From Lytechinus pictus (lineage: Eukaryota): 64,000 nt of DNA. A program made the position numbers and the translations under genes. The stretch is from the NCBI RefSeq assembly GCF_037042905.1, contig NC_087251.1, positions 39,372,001-39,436,000 on the forward strand. Direction: 5' to 3'. Below are positions 51,699 to 64,000 of the stretch, one piece after another. The number at the start of each line of letters is the position of its first letter. The first letter of the stretch is position 1. A model generated the notes under the pieces. That model saw nothing but the letters and a program-made list of their open reading frames with translations, made no database searches and had not been told where the DNA came from.

Positions 51699-51763
51699 AT
51701 GACACTTGTCATGGTCGGGCGCTCCGCCCATGTCCCCCATGATATATGAGTCCTCCAGCTTGA
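51699..51763 (-). CDS. Exon (65 nt) of a TJAP1/BEGAIN-like gene; probably carries the start codon (ATG 51740-51738), giving MGDMGGAPDHDKCH
   Basis: On the minus strand: acceptor ttttttgtctttctctcgtttacag and donor CAT|gtgagt. Frame is open (xKLEDSYIMGDMGGAPDHDKCH), ATG context is atcATGG, and the exon ends in phase 0. It joins the 24497 exon in frame to give KCH|VCGC. Confidence 0.75.
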
Positions 51764-52934
51764 CTGTAAACGAGAGAAAGACAAAAAAAGAATACTCATG
51801 AAGAATTTGATGAAATAATTTTTTTTTCAATTCAATACCACAAAACACACACAGGCTAAAAGGTACATCAGAAGGGTTGCCGAGTGGGAAACCCTATTTT
51901 GGAGGTACATGTATATATGCCATTATATATGATTGTACAATTATTAATGTTTGATTTTACATCAAGTTAATTGGGGTTACTTCTTTTTTTTAATTACTTA
52001 CAAATCCAATTTATAAGGGGAACTTGCTAATGACATTTTATTTCATCATCAATTCATCTTTATAAAAATATTTATTTTGAATCTTTCCTAGAGGTTATTT
52101 CTAATATGATGACTAACCAGTTTGACTGCACAGGACATGATTTACCGGTCAATGTTAAAAAAAAGATTGATCAGAATAAATACCATGTGGGTGTGCGTCT
52201 GTGCAACCAGCAAAACTGGTAAAAGAATAAACTAATTCAGGAGTTAGAATCTAACTTTTTCATAATTGACCATTTTCTTGGTACTGGTAAGACATATATA
52301 TATATTCACCAACAGTTTGTTACAACACAAATTTTCTTTAGGAAACTTTTACATATATATATTGCAGTGTACAAAATTATAACGAAACACTAGCTGAAAA
52401 TAATAAGTGGACATATTCATTCATGTGAAAACGGTCGGCATAAGAATTTTCCATCATTTCTCAATTTTCTGCATCCGATTTCAAGGCTTGTTACATGCTA
52501 TAGTTTATTTCCTAACTGGGGCCGACTTGCTGCATGCTATACCCCACAGGGAGTCCAAACATGTAAGAATATTCATGATATAAAAACCATCGTTGCTTGC
52601 ATGTAATGGTGTTCATACTTCTTTCTGCTACTAGGCAGGTATAATACAAGTTAACACAATTAAAGTAGCAGTATAGAGCAGCTGACCTGGTCTAATGCAA
52701 TGCTTTGTGGGAAATGAATAGTGAATGCACATTATAACAAATTGGATTTATTAATTGAATTATTTCTTATTTTGATATAAAAACATACTACTCTGACTTA
52801 ATTTCAGATGTGTATTAGACCTAGATATCTATTTATCCTTTGCCAAACGGTACAAAATATGGATAAAATTACAGCGTGTTCAAAATGCATGTGCCAGACT
52901 CATTTGCAATTCCCCCAAATTTTCCCATGTAAGG

Positions 52935-53489
52935 CCCCTACTCTACGATCTACATTGGCTTCCAGTACGTCAGCGAATCAAATTCAAAATAATGCTCCTA
53001 ACATATAAGATACTACATGACATGGCCCCCACCTATCTCAGTGAACTCCTTAAATTAAAATCACCCACCCAGTCTTACGGGCTTTGTAGTTCCCATGACA
53101 CAATGCTCCTCAGTCTCCCACCATGTAAAACAAAGATTACACTAGGTGACCGTGCCTTTGTCAGTGCTGCACCCAAACTCTGGAATAGTCTCCCTTCCTC
53201 AATAAGAAATGCATCCTCTGTCAACTTATTTAAAACTAAACTGAAATCCCACCTCTTTCAAGAGAGTTTTTAATAAATAAGTCACTTTTTTGTTATGTAT
53301 TTTGTAGAAATAATCCATCTTTACATATTTTTCTTCGATCAATTTAGCAAACGTAAATTTACTTCTAAAATGTTTGCGTATCCTGTTAATTGTTTTTCTG
53401 CTTATCTGTTATGTATTGTAATGTGCAGTTGAGTATATCCAAATAGAAATTGCGCAATATAAATTTACAATTATTATTATTATTATTAT
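52935..53489 (+). mobile_element. 5'-truncated L2/CR1-clade LINE: ORF2 C-terminus, 3' UTR and (TTA)n tail
   Basis: Open frame 52935-53273 PLLYDLHWLPVRQRIKFKIMLLTYKILHDMAPTYLSELL...GDRAFVSAAPKLWNSLP...FKTKLKSHLF*. The LHWLPV..RI.FK and LWNSLP motifs are typical of the L2 ORF2 end. Confidence 0.9.
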
Positions 53490-54499
53490 AAAATGATAAA
53501 CTTTCAAGAAATTCTAAATTTTAGCAAAAATCATGCCATCAACACAATGTTCATATTTGAGGCTAATATTTTACATTTTCATGGAAATCTAGTCTATTTA
53601 TATCAATCAATGTTGCTTATCACAGCTTTTGTAAAATGAATACTTCAATATTTCATGTCAAATCATGTCTGCATTAAATATGAAATACACGTATCATGCA
53701 GGCATGATGACAAATAAGGCAATATAAATTTATATTCATAAAGGTAGGCTACATGTATTACAAAAAATGAAGCTCTTCAATACAATGTACACTTCTTGCC
53801 ATGATCAATCGGGCTCTCTTATAAAAAAAATCTGATATCTGACATTCTATTTCCGTACAACTATGAATAAAGCAGGTATATGGTAAATGTCACAAGAATG
53901 CTTGAGGATTCTAAAAACTATATTTCTTTGAATATATTTACTTTGGGATTGGTTCTTCAGCCTCCTTTCATACCTCTTTTGTTTATATATTTCCCCTTGA
54001 AGAACAAGAAGGAAGTGGTTGTGGTTTATGAAAAAAATGGGGGGAAAATCACACGCTGTAATATTTCATATTCATACGACACATTTTGTCACTGCAAATG
54101 GTTTGCAGACTTGCAGTGCTTTATCATTTAAATGAAGACATATTTGCCCTCTAAAAGTCTATCAACTATATCTAACCATTTTTGTCCTTGTATCAGATCA
54201 AGGAATTTATTAAGAAAATGGATAAACAAAAAAATAAAAAGGGATAGGTTATATGCAGCATTACAATCATTTTCTATAATATGCACATTCTTTTCCAAAC
54301 TTGCTTTGTATCTTATGGTACTTATATTTTCCAAATGAGCAATCACAGTACACTTAAAAATCGACCTAAAATGTTTTTGTGTTATATTGAACTTATCATA
54401 AAATAACACTTTTCATGATTTTCCAGTATAACTGCAACAAAATGTAATGTTGTGAACATTTCCAGCAGCGTTTACAAAAATAGTATCCAGGATATTGAC

Positions 54500-54880
54500 T
54501 TTGAAACTCGATATGCATTTTTCTGATGCGCCGTGCCCGTGATTCTAAAAAATCCACACAGTTACACGTCAGAACGCAACTATGCATGAAAGTAAAAACT
54601 GGCTGTCTGACTACTACTATATACAGTCATAAATGGGAGACTGGACGGGCGTGGACGGGAGCGATTTTCATGTTGGGAGTCGCTCGGTACTTGGCAGTTT
54701 TAGGCAGTTGCGAGAGCGATTCCAAAGCACACAGGGGCGGAATCGCTCGTCGCTCCTGTCTATTTTCAATGCTGAAGACAAGTCACACTAGATGTAAATG
54801 ACTGCGAAGGTATGTCATTGGTAATAAAGTATTTAGCTTTTGTTGTTTAAGAGTTGGTTTTGGCAGTGTGACTGTAGCAT
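54500..54880. mobile_element. Harbinger-like element fragment (one end only)
   Basis: Terminus cagtgtgactgtagcataa and an internal agtcacacta; CpG-rich interior; no matching other end found. Confidence 0.4.
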
Positions 54881-55078
54881 AAGAGTTAAGACTCAATAAT
54901 CCCTGCCAAAATCAACAGACTATCACACTCCTACTACCTATGAAAACAATTAGTATTCAAGTTCACGAAGACCCCTGCAAGGCAGAATGGCACATAATAC
55001 ATGATGCCAAGGCAGCGTGATCATGAGGGATTTGCTCTCGGAAGTGTGGCGTGATGTAATTTAAAATTACATTCTATC

Positions 55079-55370
55079 AATGATGATGGTGATGATGGTA
55101 TTGATGGTGATGGTGATAATGGTGGTTATGACAAAGACAATGATGATGCCGACAATGATGATGGTGATGATAATGAAGACAGTGATGATGAGGGTGTTGA
55201 TGATATCGATGGTGAGGACGACGATGACAATGATGATGGTGATGATAATGAAGACAGTGATGATGGTGATGATAATGATGGGGTTGATGATGAGGGCAAC
55301 AACGACGATGATGTTGAGGGTGTTGATGATATCGATGGTGAGGACGATGATGATGATGATGATGAAGACA
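55079..55370. repeat. (GAT)n-derived trinucleotide low-complexity repeat with higher-order duplications
   Basis: GAT/GGT/GAC triplets; the block gagggtgttgatgatatcgatggtgaggacg occurs twice. Explains the poly-M/H/I/S ORFs. Confidence 0.95.
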
Positions 55371-55812
55371 ACAAAAAAAAGGCACCAGCTTCCACAATAC
55401 GTCATTCATTATTCACAGAGTTGGTGGAAGAGAGGAGTCTTAAGTTCTGATTTGAATGTCTCAAGATTGTTCTGTCTTGTTGATACGAGATTCTATTTAA
55501 AATGTGGGACATTTGATCTCATCTGTACAAATATGTATTTAATTAGGAAGAAAATACAGGAATTCAATGAACTGTAAATGTCCAAGTCATCTAAAAAAAA
55601 TGAAAGTTGTGTTACACATGTTTGTCTTCTTGCCCAATCTCTCTCTCTTTAAATAGAAATAAGACAAATTCTGTGAAATGTTCCATTGTTTTCCAATTTT
55701 TCAAGACTTCAATTGTAGGCCATGAAGGTTGAATTACAATCCTCCAATTTCAAGGGGTCATGACATCATCCATTTCACATTCATTCTCAAGCAAACACTA
55801 CCACATTATGCA

Positions 55813-55992
55813 TAGTCTGCAGGCACAGACCCTGATTTGAACTTTGATCAACAAGTGTGTCTCCACGCAAAGACTAGCACATACAAAACTTGCTGTTTCA
55901 ATTCCTGAGCGAGAGGGCCTTCAGTACACAAGGCACGAGAAAGCTGCACATTCAGACCCTTAACTCGAGTGAAGGGTTTGCGCAGCAGACTA
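55813..55992 (+). mobile_element. Same TAGTCTGC-TIR MITE (copy 2)
   Basis: Same internal sequence as 3631-3809. TSD cattatgca/cattataca (one mismatch). Confidence 0.9.
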
Positions 55993-56314
55993 CATTATAC
56001 ATGCCAAAGACATCATTCTCTGAAAACTTCAAACTGTAATACAACCCTCCGTGTCAGAATCCATGTCAGAACTTGTGGATGTTCTAAGAATGGAATAGAT
56101 TGAAAGGGAAAAAAACGGTCCCATTGTAAATCAGCTATTTGATCATTCAACCAAGCAAATTCCTGGCCAAGACGGGGAAACCGTACACCGTTGAATTATT
56201 CCTTTTGACAGCTAAAAGGTTTTCATTTTCCATCCCGCTTGTTGAGGGGGAGGATCCTTGCTTCGTTGGCAGGGTGCTCCCACTGGCCTCTGAGTAGTTC
56301 AAGTTACCCACCTG

Positions 56315-56492
56315 CAATGGAGGATCCAGGCAGGGGTGCAAGGGATGCCGCCCCTCTACATTTTTAAAGAACTGCCTTTCGGATATACGTATTAATATCG
56401 CTAAATCTAAGAAAGTTGTCATAGATGTCCTCGCTATTTTCAAATTTGCTATTTGCGCCCCCCTCTATTTTAAAATCCTAGATCCGCCACTG
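56315..56492. mobile_element. hAT-like MITE (CAGTGGCGGATC type) with 6-bp flanking duplication
   Basis: Ends caatggaggatcc / gatccgccactg; flanks cacctg/cacctg. Confidence 0.7.
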
Positions 56493-56529
56493 CACCTGTC
56501 AAAGGGGTCCAGACATAAAACATCAACAG

Positions 56530-57090
56530 GGTCCTGTGACATAAAGGCCAGATTCACATAGGTGGTTTTTAAAACCTTTGGTTGAATCCATGGTTTATGC
56601 AAATTTCCTGTATGAATTTATCGCGTATATAAAAAAAATGTCCAATGCTGATGCGCGCTTTTGTCACAGTGCGCCAAATTGACGCCTGTTGCCTTGGTTA
56701 AATATGCTTTTTTATTCATGAGTCCACTGTTTGAAGAGTGGACTCATTAATTCAAAACAGTGGACTTATGAAGAAAATAGCGGCGATAACCACGGCAACA
56801 GGCGTCAATTTGGGCACAGTCAAAAGCGCGCATCAGCATTGGAATTTTTTCATTATATGCGGTAAATAAGCGTAATTCATACAGGAAATCTGCATAAACC
56901 ATGGGTTCAACCAATGGTTTTAAAAACCACCTTTGTGAATTTGGGCCATTGGGTTGCAATAAAAACAAGTATGGAAGAACACTTCTGATTGGTTTCTTGT
57001 CAATGTTTTGAAGAAAACATGCATGTAACATTGATCTTGATTGGTCATCACCTTTTAACAATGTATCACAAAAATTTGTGTTAAAGAACC
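56530..57090. mobile_element. Nested MITEs: palindromic MITE 56546-56947 inserted near the left end of an older Harbinger-like MITE
   Basis: The inner element matches 32753-33131. Outer ends ggtcctgtgacataaa / tttgtgttaaagaacc with cag/ctg flanks. Confidence 0.7.
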
Positions 57091-57321
57091 CTGACCAAAA
57101 AGCAGGAGAGACGCACAGTCACTTGCATGTGTATGCCGACAGTGAACAGAGTATACACATTCGTGATATTCAAATACTCTTTAGATTTGCAAACAGCATG
57201 TATGTACATAAACCTTTCAAGTAGTCCCATCATTGTTCTTTTACGAGGTTTACTTCAATCCCCTGCTCTGCCTCATCTGAAAATTAGCAGATATGGTATA
57301 CAGGTACATTTAATAAGGAAA

Positions 57322-57920
57322 ATAATCTCAAAAAAAGTTTGGAAATCTGATTTTGATTGATAATCTCTCTTCGGTTTTAGTAAATATTAATGTGTGATTG
57401 ATACCAATGAATAGATCATTTAATTCTCTTCAAAATGATACGCTACATGATATTATTATGGTTCACATGGAGGTGCAGTGCCTTGAAATGTGGGGCAAGG
57501 TCAAAATTCAAAATTTGCAAAATGACAATATTGAAAGTCACTGTCCTTTTTATCGTGGTAATTAGTGAGTTTCTCAGCAGTTTCTTTTGTTTTCATACAC
57601 CTTAACAAAACATAAAAAATGAAAAAGCAGGGGATTTATTTGAATGGATTTTCATGTCTATTGACACAGATAATAGAATCATGTTCTTTACTGACCCTTC
57701 ATGACTATTTCTGCTCGTTTTGCAGCTTTTCAATTCAGACCTCATCCAACACTTTTGAATCTTGCTCTTTTCGTGATGGCATGATCATAACAACCATGGT
57801 ATCATTTTAAAGAGAATTAAATGATCTGTTGAATGTTATCAAATATGCATTGTGTAAAATTGGGAGCTAGGAGTAATTAATGGCTAAAATCAGATTTCCA
57901 AACTTTTTTTGAGGGGTTTA
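57322..57920 (-). mobile_element. Unexpanded ~600-bp copy of the 10701-12306 MITE, inverted
   Basis: Same TIRs. The interior is the reverse complement of one unit of each repeated block (supplied ORFs 57619+ and 11008- are similar). Confidence 0.85.
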
Positions 57921-59386
57921 TATTTGCTAAATTGCTATAGAATTCTTCTAACCCTGTATTTCCTACATGTACAGAATGAGTACCGGTAACCATATCCAGC
58001 ATAACAAGGGAGAGAGAGCGATCCTGACATAAATCTTCTCCAAATCGTTGATAGCATCTTCTCTTTCAGTCATAAACTCTAGATTCTATCAATTGATAAA
58101 AGGTCAGGATGCCCAAAATGATCTGCCTGTTTGTGGCCAAAAGGTCATTAGCTCATATCACTTTACACAGAGGTACGCCCTTATTGATCTCATGAGATGC
58201 TCTGATGGCAAGGAGCATATGTACAGGTGAACAGTTGAGAGATTCATCTTAACCCTGTGAATGCCAAGTGAGTTTTACTCCACAATTAAGACCACCGTTT
58301 CAATCATGGCGTGAATCATAACAGTGGGAACTGGGTATTATACCCCGTTTAGATCTGCCAAAAATCTGGAGTGCCTCCGGAGGTTACCGCAAGTCGTTCT
58401 AGATGAGTCGTTAGATCTAAACAGTTTTGGCACAAAGGACAAAGCACGAATCTAAGGTGATCATGAGGGAAAATACTCCCTAGAGAGTCTAGCACAATCG
58501 TGAGATCACATGGCGTGATCCACTGTTGGACTGTAGATCTAAACGGTCTTGGCGGAAACTCAGCATTGAAAATGGAAGTCCTTTATCTGAGCACATGGCA
58601 TCGATCGTGCAGCGCGCGCTTTCTCCCTTGATTAACATTTTGCCATGACAACACAATTCGCGAGTCCAAAGGGATACGATGTACCTCACGATTACCACAG
58701 ATGACCTAAACGGCCCCTCGTGTTTTGACAAGATATTTCATGCCGTGTTCGCTCCAGACGATTGTCTAGTGTGACATGAGAGAGAGAGAGATCTGAACAG
58801 GGTATTGACAAAATGGGGCATGTGTAGCAATGTAGCTAGAATTTTACGAGTTATTTAAGGGTTAAACCACTTTAAGACAATCAAGTTGCCACTGTCTGTC
58901 TCTAGATCGCCTGACATGATAAGATCAAGTGACTGATTAATTTTGAACCTGATATGGTGACCTTAAAGCATCTTATATGTTGAGAAAATCAGAAGTAAGT
59001 TCGGCTTTACCGTGTCATGCCTGGTGAGACAGATGAAAAAAGGGTTTTATTTTCAAGTAAAATTCCATCAATCCAGACTTTTTACCTCAGGTCCAAATCT
59101 TTACCTGAATTATTGCAAAGCCGCAACAAGCAATTGATCAGATTTCTTTTAATTAGGCTGGAGAATACATGAACCATTACACTAAATACAACAGCTCCCT
59201 TTCTGTATTAAAGGGAATATCAATGGCAAAATGACAGGATAGATTCCTCATTTTGGTCAAAGATATTCACATAGCGAATGGAATTGAAACATTTTTCGCT
59301 AACTTTGTGAAGAAGACAGAGAAAAACAGCATTACTTAAACTTTGTTTCTGACTTGCAGAGATGTCAAAGTAACAACTGTAATTAA

Positions 59387-60762
59387 AGGAGAAATATATT
59401 GATTATAAACATATGGCCTTATTATATATCAATGGAAAGGTAATGATGTGGGGATTATCATTAGGTCATTTGAAAATATCGAAAACAATACATAAGGTGG
59501 AAATCGCCAATTAAAAAGCGCTAAAATGCCTCTCCGAAATATGCCTCGCATTGGTCTCTGAATTGACTTGAATTTGATGACGTGTATGATGGTACAAGAG
59601 ACGTGATTGGCTCTCCCAAATCAAGCTCCACTTGCAAGCAAAACCTACTGCAAATGCCAGTGCCTGTGCGATTTCTCCACACTGTCACTGAGTAATTCGA
59701 TCATGAAATGGAAGAAAACTCAGAAGTTATATCGAGATTTGGATTTCGAAACAAATGTTGTTGAAGAAGAAGATATTGATAATGAAGATTCTAGCTCTAG
59801 TTAACATCAAAGCGACATGGAAGAAGGAAAATTAGGGGAATTGCGCCGGTGATGGAGAGTGGAACGAACATGAACTTTTGGTAGTCAACTCGAATTCATT
59901 TGCACCTGCACGGTGCACCTCCCAAACAGGCCAAACAATTAAAAAGTCCACGATAGAGTCTCTTCTCTCACTTAACAACTTCGAAATATAATAATTAAAA
60001 TAGTGATTGCATGCACTTACAAATAAGTAAAATGATATGTCCGAACCAATTAATGTATGTATCTAAATCAATTCATGATGAGTAGCAGCAGACGATATAT
60101 GCACCGACGAGAAAATGAACTTCACGTGTGGGATGGATACTCGATCGCTCGTTTTGTTTGAATTTCGATATTATTATTCTGACCGACGAAATTCATGGAT
60201 TTTTTTTTTCATATAAAAATAATTGTACGATAACAATTATTTTTCTCATTACGACTAACACTTGGCTGAATCAAATATTTGAGATAAATTAAAATGAGAT
60301 GTAAAACTAAAAGATCAACCAGCTAGCTTGCATGCACCACGGAAATAAATTCCTTTTATTTCTGTGGCTTGCACGTGCAGCTCTTGTTTACAAGCTATAT
60401 ATAGCTAGTTAGCTGGTTGATCTTTTAGTTTTATATCTCGTATTAATTTATCTCAAACAATTGATTCAGCCAAGTGTTAATCGTAATGATAGAAATAATT
60501 TTTATGGTACATTTATTGCAAGTGGAGCTTGATGTGGGAGAGCCAATCACATCTCTTGTACCATCATACACGTCATCAAATTCGAGTCAATTCAGAGACC
60601 GATGCGAGGCATATTTCGGAGAGGTATTTTAGCACTTTTTAATTAGCGATTTCCACCTTATGTATTATTTTCGATATTTTCAAATGACCTAATGATAATC
60701 CCCACATCATTACCTTTCCATTCATATATAAGGCCATGTGTTTGAATTGATATATTTCTCCT
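59387..60762. mobile_element. Kolobok-like non-autonomous element, ~250-bp TIRs, with an internal ~290-bp palindrome
   Basis: ttaa|AGGAGAAATATA ... TATATTTCTCCT|ctaa. 59387-59637 pairs with ~60516-60762. A second inverted repeat spans ~60220-60512. Confidence 0.85.
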
Positions 60763-61644
60763 CTAACAGTAATTTCAAATGCAGAATATAACTGTAGACT
60801 ACAACTAATTGTGTTTTGTTTTGATGTTGTTTCATATCACTGTCTGTAAAAGCTTACATGTTGTTTATGTACATGTACAAAAAAAACACCATGAAAAACC
60901 TCACATCACAAGATGTTTTGTTTGTAACCAAAAAGCAGTATGAATAATTACTGGCCTCCATTTGTTACCCCGAGCAACATCCTCTAATGGAAGTATTTAT
61001 TTCTGCCTCATACATAAATGACAACTGTCAAAATAAATGGAGGAACGTTAAAGATCGGTGAAGCTTGACAGCAAATTAACCAGCATTCATATGGACAATT
61101 AATTTAATCATTGAGTTTAGATACCGGTACACATGTACCTATATATGTCTATTAATCCAGGCAAATCGGTGTGGCCAATAGTGCAAAAATGTTAGTCTTC
61201 TTGTTCATCAATCTTTTAACTTATAGATTCACCTAGTAACAATCTTGTAATAGTTATTCCCCACTGACAAAAGGAAACAATAAAACTTCTACTATTCATT
61301 TGATATGATTTTGATTTGATTTATTGTTTTCTTCTGCATCCATTGAACATTCGTATAATACATTTTCCATAACATAATAAACATAATATGTTAGCATTTT
61401 TGGCATGAATCATAAATAAAGTGTACTAAAAAAAAATAATAATAATTCCAGACAAAAATGATTAACTACCAAATTATTATATGATATTCACAATTTGCAG
61501 GAGAAGTATTGTCATCATAAGCAGATTGCTTGAAGAAAAATGACAATCCCAAACTAAAACTAATTGAATTAATTAATACATTTATAAAGCAGAATGGGCA
61601 TATATTTTCAAATACAAAACATCAATTCATGCAATATTTTTAGT

Positions 61645-61722
61645 ATGAAGATGAAGATGATAAAGGTGAGGGTGACGGTGATATGATGATGATGATGATG
61701 ATGATGATTATAGGGGTGATGG
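61645..61722. repeat. (GAT)n microsatellite
   Basis: Pure (GAT)n at ~61684-61708 with degenerate flanks. Confidence 0.9.
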
Positions 61723-62934
61723 AAGATTAGAAAATTGGTCTCCTACAGATGTTAGTTATCTTGATCACATTACAAGAAAGATAAATTATTCTTATAACAA
61801 TTAAGTGGTTTTACATGTACATACCCAGAAGATATGGTTGTCAATACAGCTATCATGTTGCAATCTGCCATGGGCAAAATGCATCACCTAAACTTCAATT
61901 AATCTAAATATGGAAGAATGGAAATGTGTGCGATCTATATCGCCCCACTGTACATGTATGTCAAACACATGTTTACTGACTGACATGGTGACAGGTATTG
62001 TGGCATAAGCAATGCTGGAGAGATAAAAGCCCATCTGTGAGTGTACCCTTTCAAGAAAAGGCCTGCATAAAATATGTTCCTCCATTTAAAATCACAAAAA
62101 TTCGAAATGTAACACAAACAATGAGCAAAGGCAAAGCAATACATAAATGTTGACAAAGTATTAAAGATTATAATCTATGACAAAATTTGAAAAGCTAAGA
62201 AAATAAAAAGGAAAATAAATTAATAGATTCGGTAGAATTCCCTTCGTAGATATATAGTTTTCACTGTACATGCTTGTGAAGTTTTGGGTATTGGTTAATA
62301 CCTGTTGCAACCTCATTTGTGTAATAAAAATTATCAGAATCTCAATTCATACTGAATTATATAATGCTGAAGACATTCAGTTCATGAGTTACATAGGCTA
62401 CTATTGTTCGTCTCCGTAATATAGTTCATCAGGAAGAGAGTAATACAGATATATTTTTCTAAAATATTTGTGAAAGAAAAAATGTAATAAGATTGCTTTT
62501 AAGATTGTGAGGCAGCATGACGACCATTTCAAATTTATTTAGAACAACCTGAATCGCAATCCCAATATGATTATAGCACTACGCTTTACCAAGATTTGAC
62601 AACTCCTCAAACAAGATTGGAAGACATACAGTACCATCAAAAATACCGCCCTCACTCTTCGGTCGCCCACACAGCACTTATATGCGAAATCTGAACAAGG
62701 AGAGCTACACTGTACAAATGAGCCATCGAGGGCCGACACTCCAAGCGACATTGCATATTAAAATTCCATGCCACCCGGGACTGCAATAACAGGCGGATGA
62801 AATTCAAGAATACGGGACAATGATAATCTTTCTTTGATGAATTGGAAAGAGATGAAGGAGGATCACATGAACTTTGCAGGAGGAGAAAGGGAAATTCTGA
62901 TACACCACCCAACAAACATCAAAAGCAAATGAGA

Positions 62935-63370
62935 CACTACTGAAGATTCATAAATTGAAACACAAGTATAAATGCGTTCAAATTTTTTGAGGAAATATTC
63001 CTATAGAAGTCAGACTCTGTAACTAATTCAGAAATTTGAAACAATATTTCTTCCTGGTCGACTGAAGATTCACAATTTGAGTATCGAGGAAGAATTGAAA
63101 TGCAGGAGAATATGTTAAGGGGAATATCATTTAGGGTTGTCTGACTCTGAAAGGAATTCAGGGGAGTCTTTCACAAAGCGAAGAAACAGTGGTTTTTACC
63201 TTAACTATGAACCAAGACTAGAAGAGTTTCTTCTTAGACTACTGAAAATTCATAATTTGAGTATCAGGACACAAGTGCTGTAGTACATTATGTTGAGGGG
63301 ATATTTTTGTAGTTGTCCAAACTCTGTTTGGAAGTCAGAAATTTGAAACAAGAGCCTCTTCATGGTCTAA
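62935..63370. repeat. Decayed local tandem repeat, 3 units
   Basis: actgaagattca.aa.ttga...actctg...tcagaaatttgaaacaa recurs at ~62939, 63061 and 63241. Confidence 0.6.
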
Positions 63371-64000
63371 TTCTGGCCAGCCTCCAGAAATATGAACATG
63401 TGAAATAACAAACAGCGGTGGGTGTTTCTGAATCTATTGCACAATCAAAACACTTTGAGAACAGATTAGATTAGACAGAAAGTAACAGCAGTGTCGAGGT
63501 ATTTTCTACAGTAATGAAGATATGATACAAAATAATAACATGCTGACATTGTTTTAGAAAATACCAAACAAAAAGTACATGAACTTGCATGGGACCATAT
63601 TTTTTCTTAATTAATGCTATTTTGAAATGGTCCTCTTCATTCTTAATATCAATATCTATATTTGAAAAGCCTAGTTTTGATTTCTGGATGAATACAAAAT
63701 GCACATCTGATGGACGGTTTATACAAATGACAAAGTGAACTCATTATGAGAAGATGCTTCCAAGTTACTTCTTTGAAATATTTTGTTTTTCTTCTGTTAT
63801 TCTACATGGAATCACCTTCACATCAACCCGTTAGCCATGAATTTATATAGGAATGTCTTGCTCTGATGTCTTCTAATACATTAATCAAGTGGCAACTAAT
63901 GTCTTTGCCATTTTACAAAATACTGTCCGAAATCCCCTGGGCACAGAGTGACAGAGTATTCTAAATTATCTACCTTACACTTTACTACAGGGAATACAGG

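Noticed and set aside
55067..55577. Poly-Met/His/Ile/Ser ORFs
   Set aside because: Translations of a (GAT)n-type repeat.
62656..62690. Minus-strand 35-nt exon candidate (ccttgttcag|...|gtgagg) as an upstream exon
   Set aside because: It has a stop in the frame needed to join exon 51763 and only moderate splice sites. It could be UTR but is unsupported.

Overview
This is eukaryotic (animal) DNA: AT-rich, with no operons or long ORFs and a very high load of short transposon relics. The repeat repertoire (DeuSINE-like and other tRNA-SINEs, Harbinger/hAT/Kolobok/Tc1-like MITEs, long poly-G/C tracts) suggests a sea urchin or related deuterostome (inference). Most of the window appears to be intron of one large minus-strand gene. 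Two well-defined exons, 51763-51699 and 24497-24328, are 27 kb apart and splice in frame to give MGDMGGAPDHDKCH|VCGCSKEQYYTLKQRVEESKQRINLMESEFLQSTLYTENELDECREEYRLLQQKYN(A). This resembles the N-terminal coiled coil of the TJAP1/BEGAIN family. No further family exons were found, so they probably lie left of the window. The most unusual structure is around the second exon. Its 3' half plus splice donor is repeated 4 extra times downstream, and that array is split by a 2.3-kb long-TIR element with a 4-bp TSD. Its acceptor plus 5' half survives as older decayed copies upstream. Other oddities: a MITE whose host flanks form a 1-kb palindrome, a MITE with an AABB internal 242-bp array, CAG-ended elements with 6-bp TSDs, and a TAG-ended MITE family with 9-bp TSDs. 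Almost all supplied ORFs are spurious. No CRISPR, rRNA or intact tRNA gene was seen. Family assignments come from visual recognition, not database searches.
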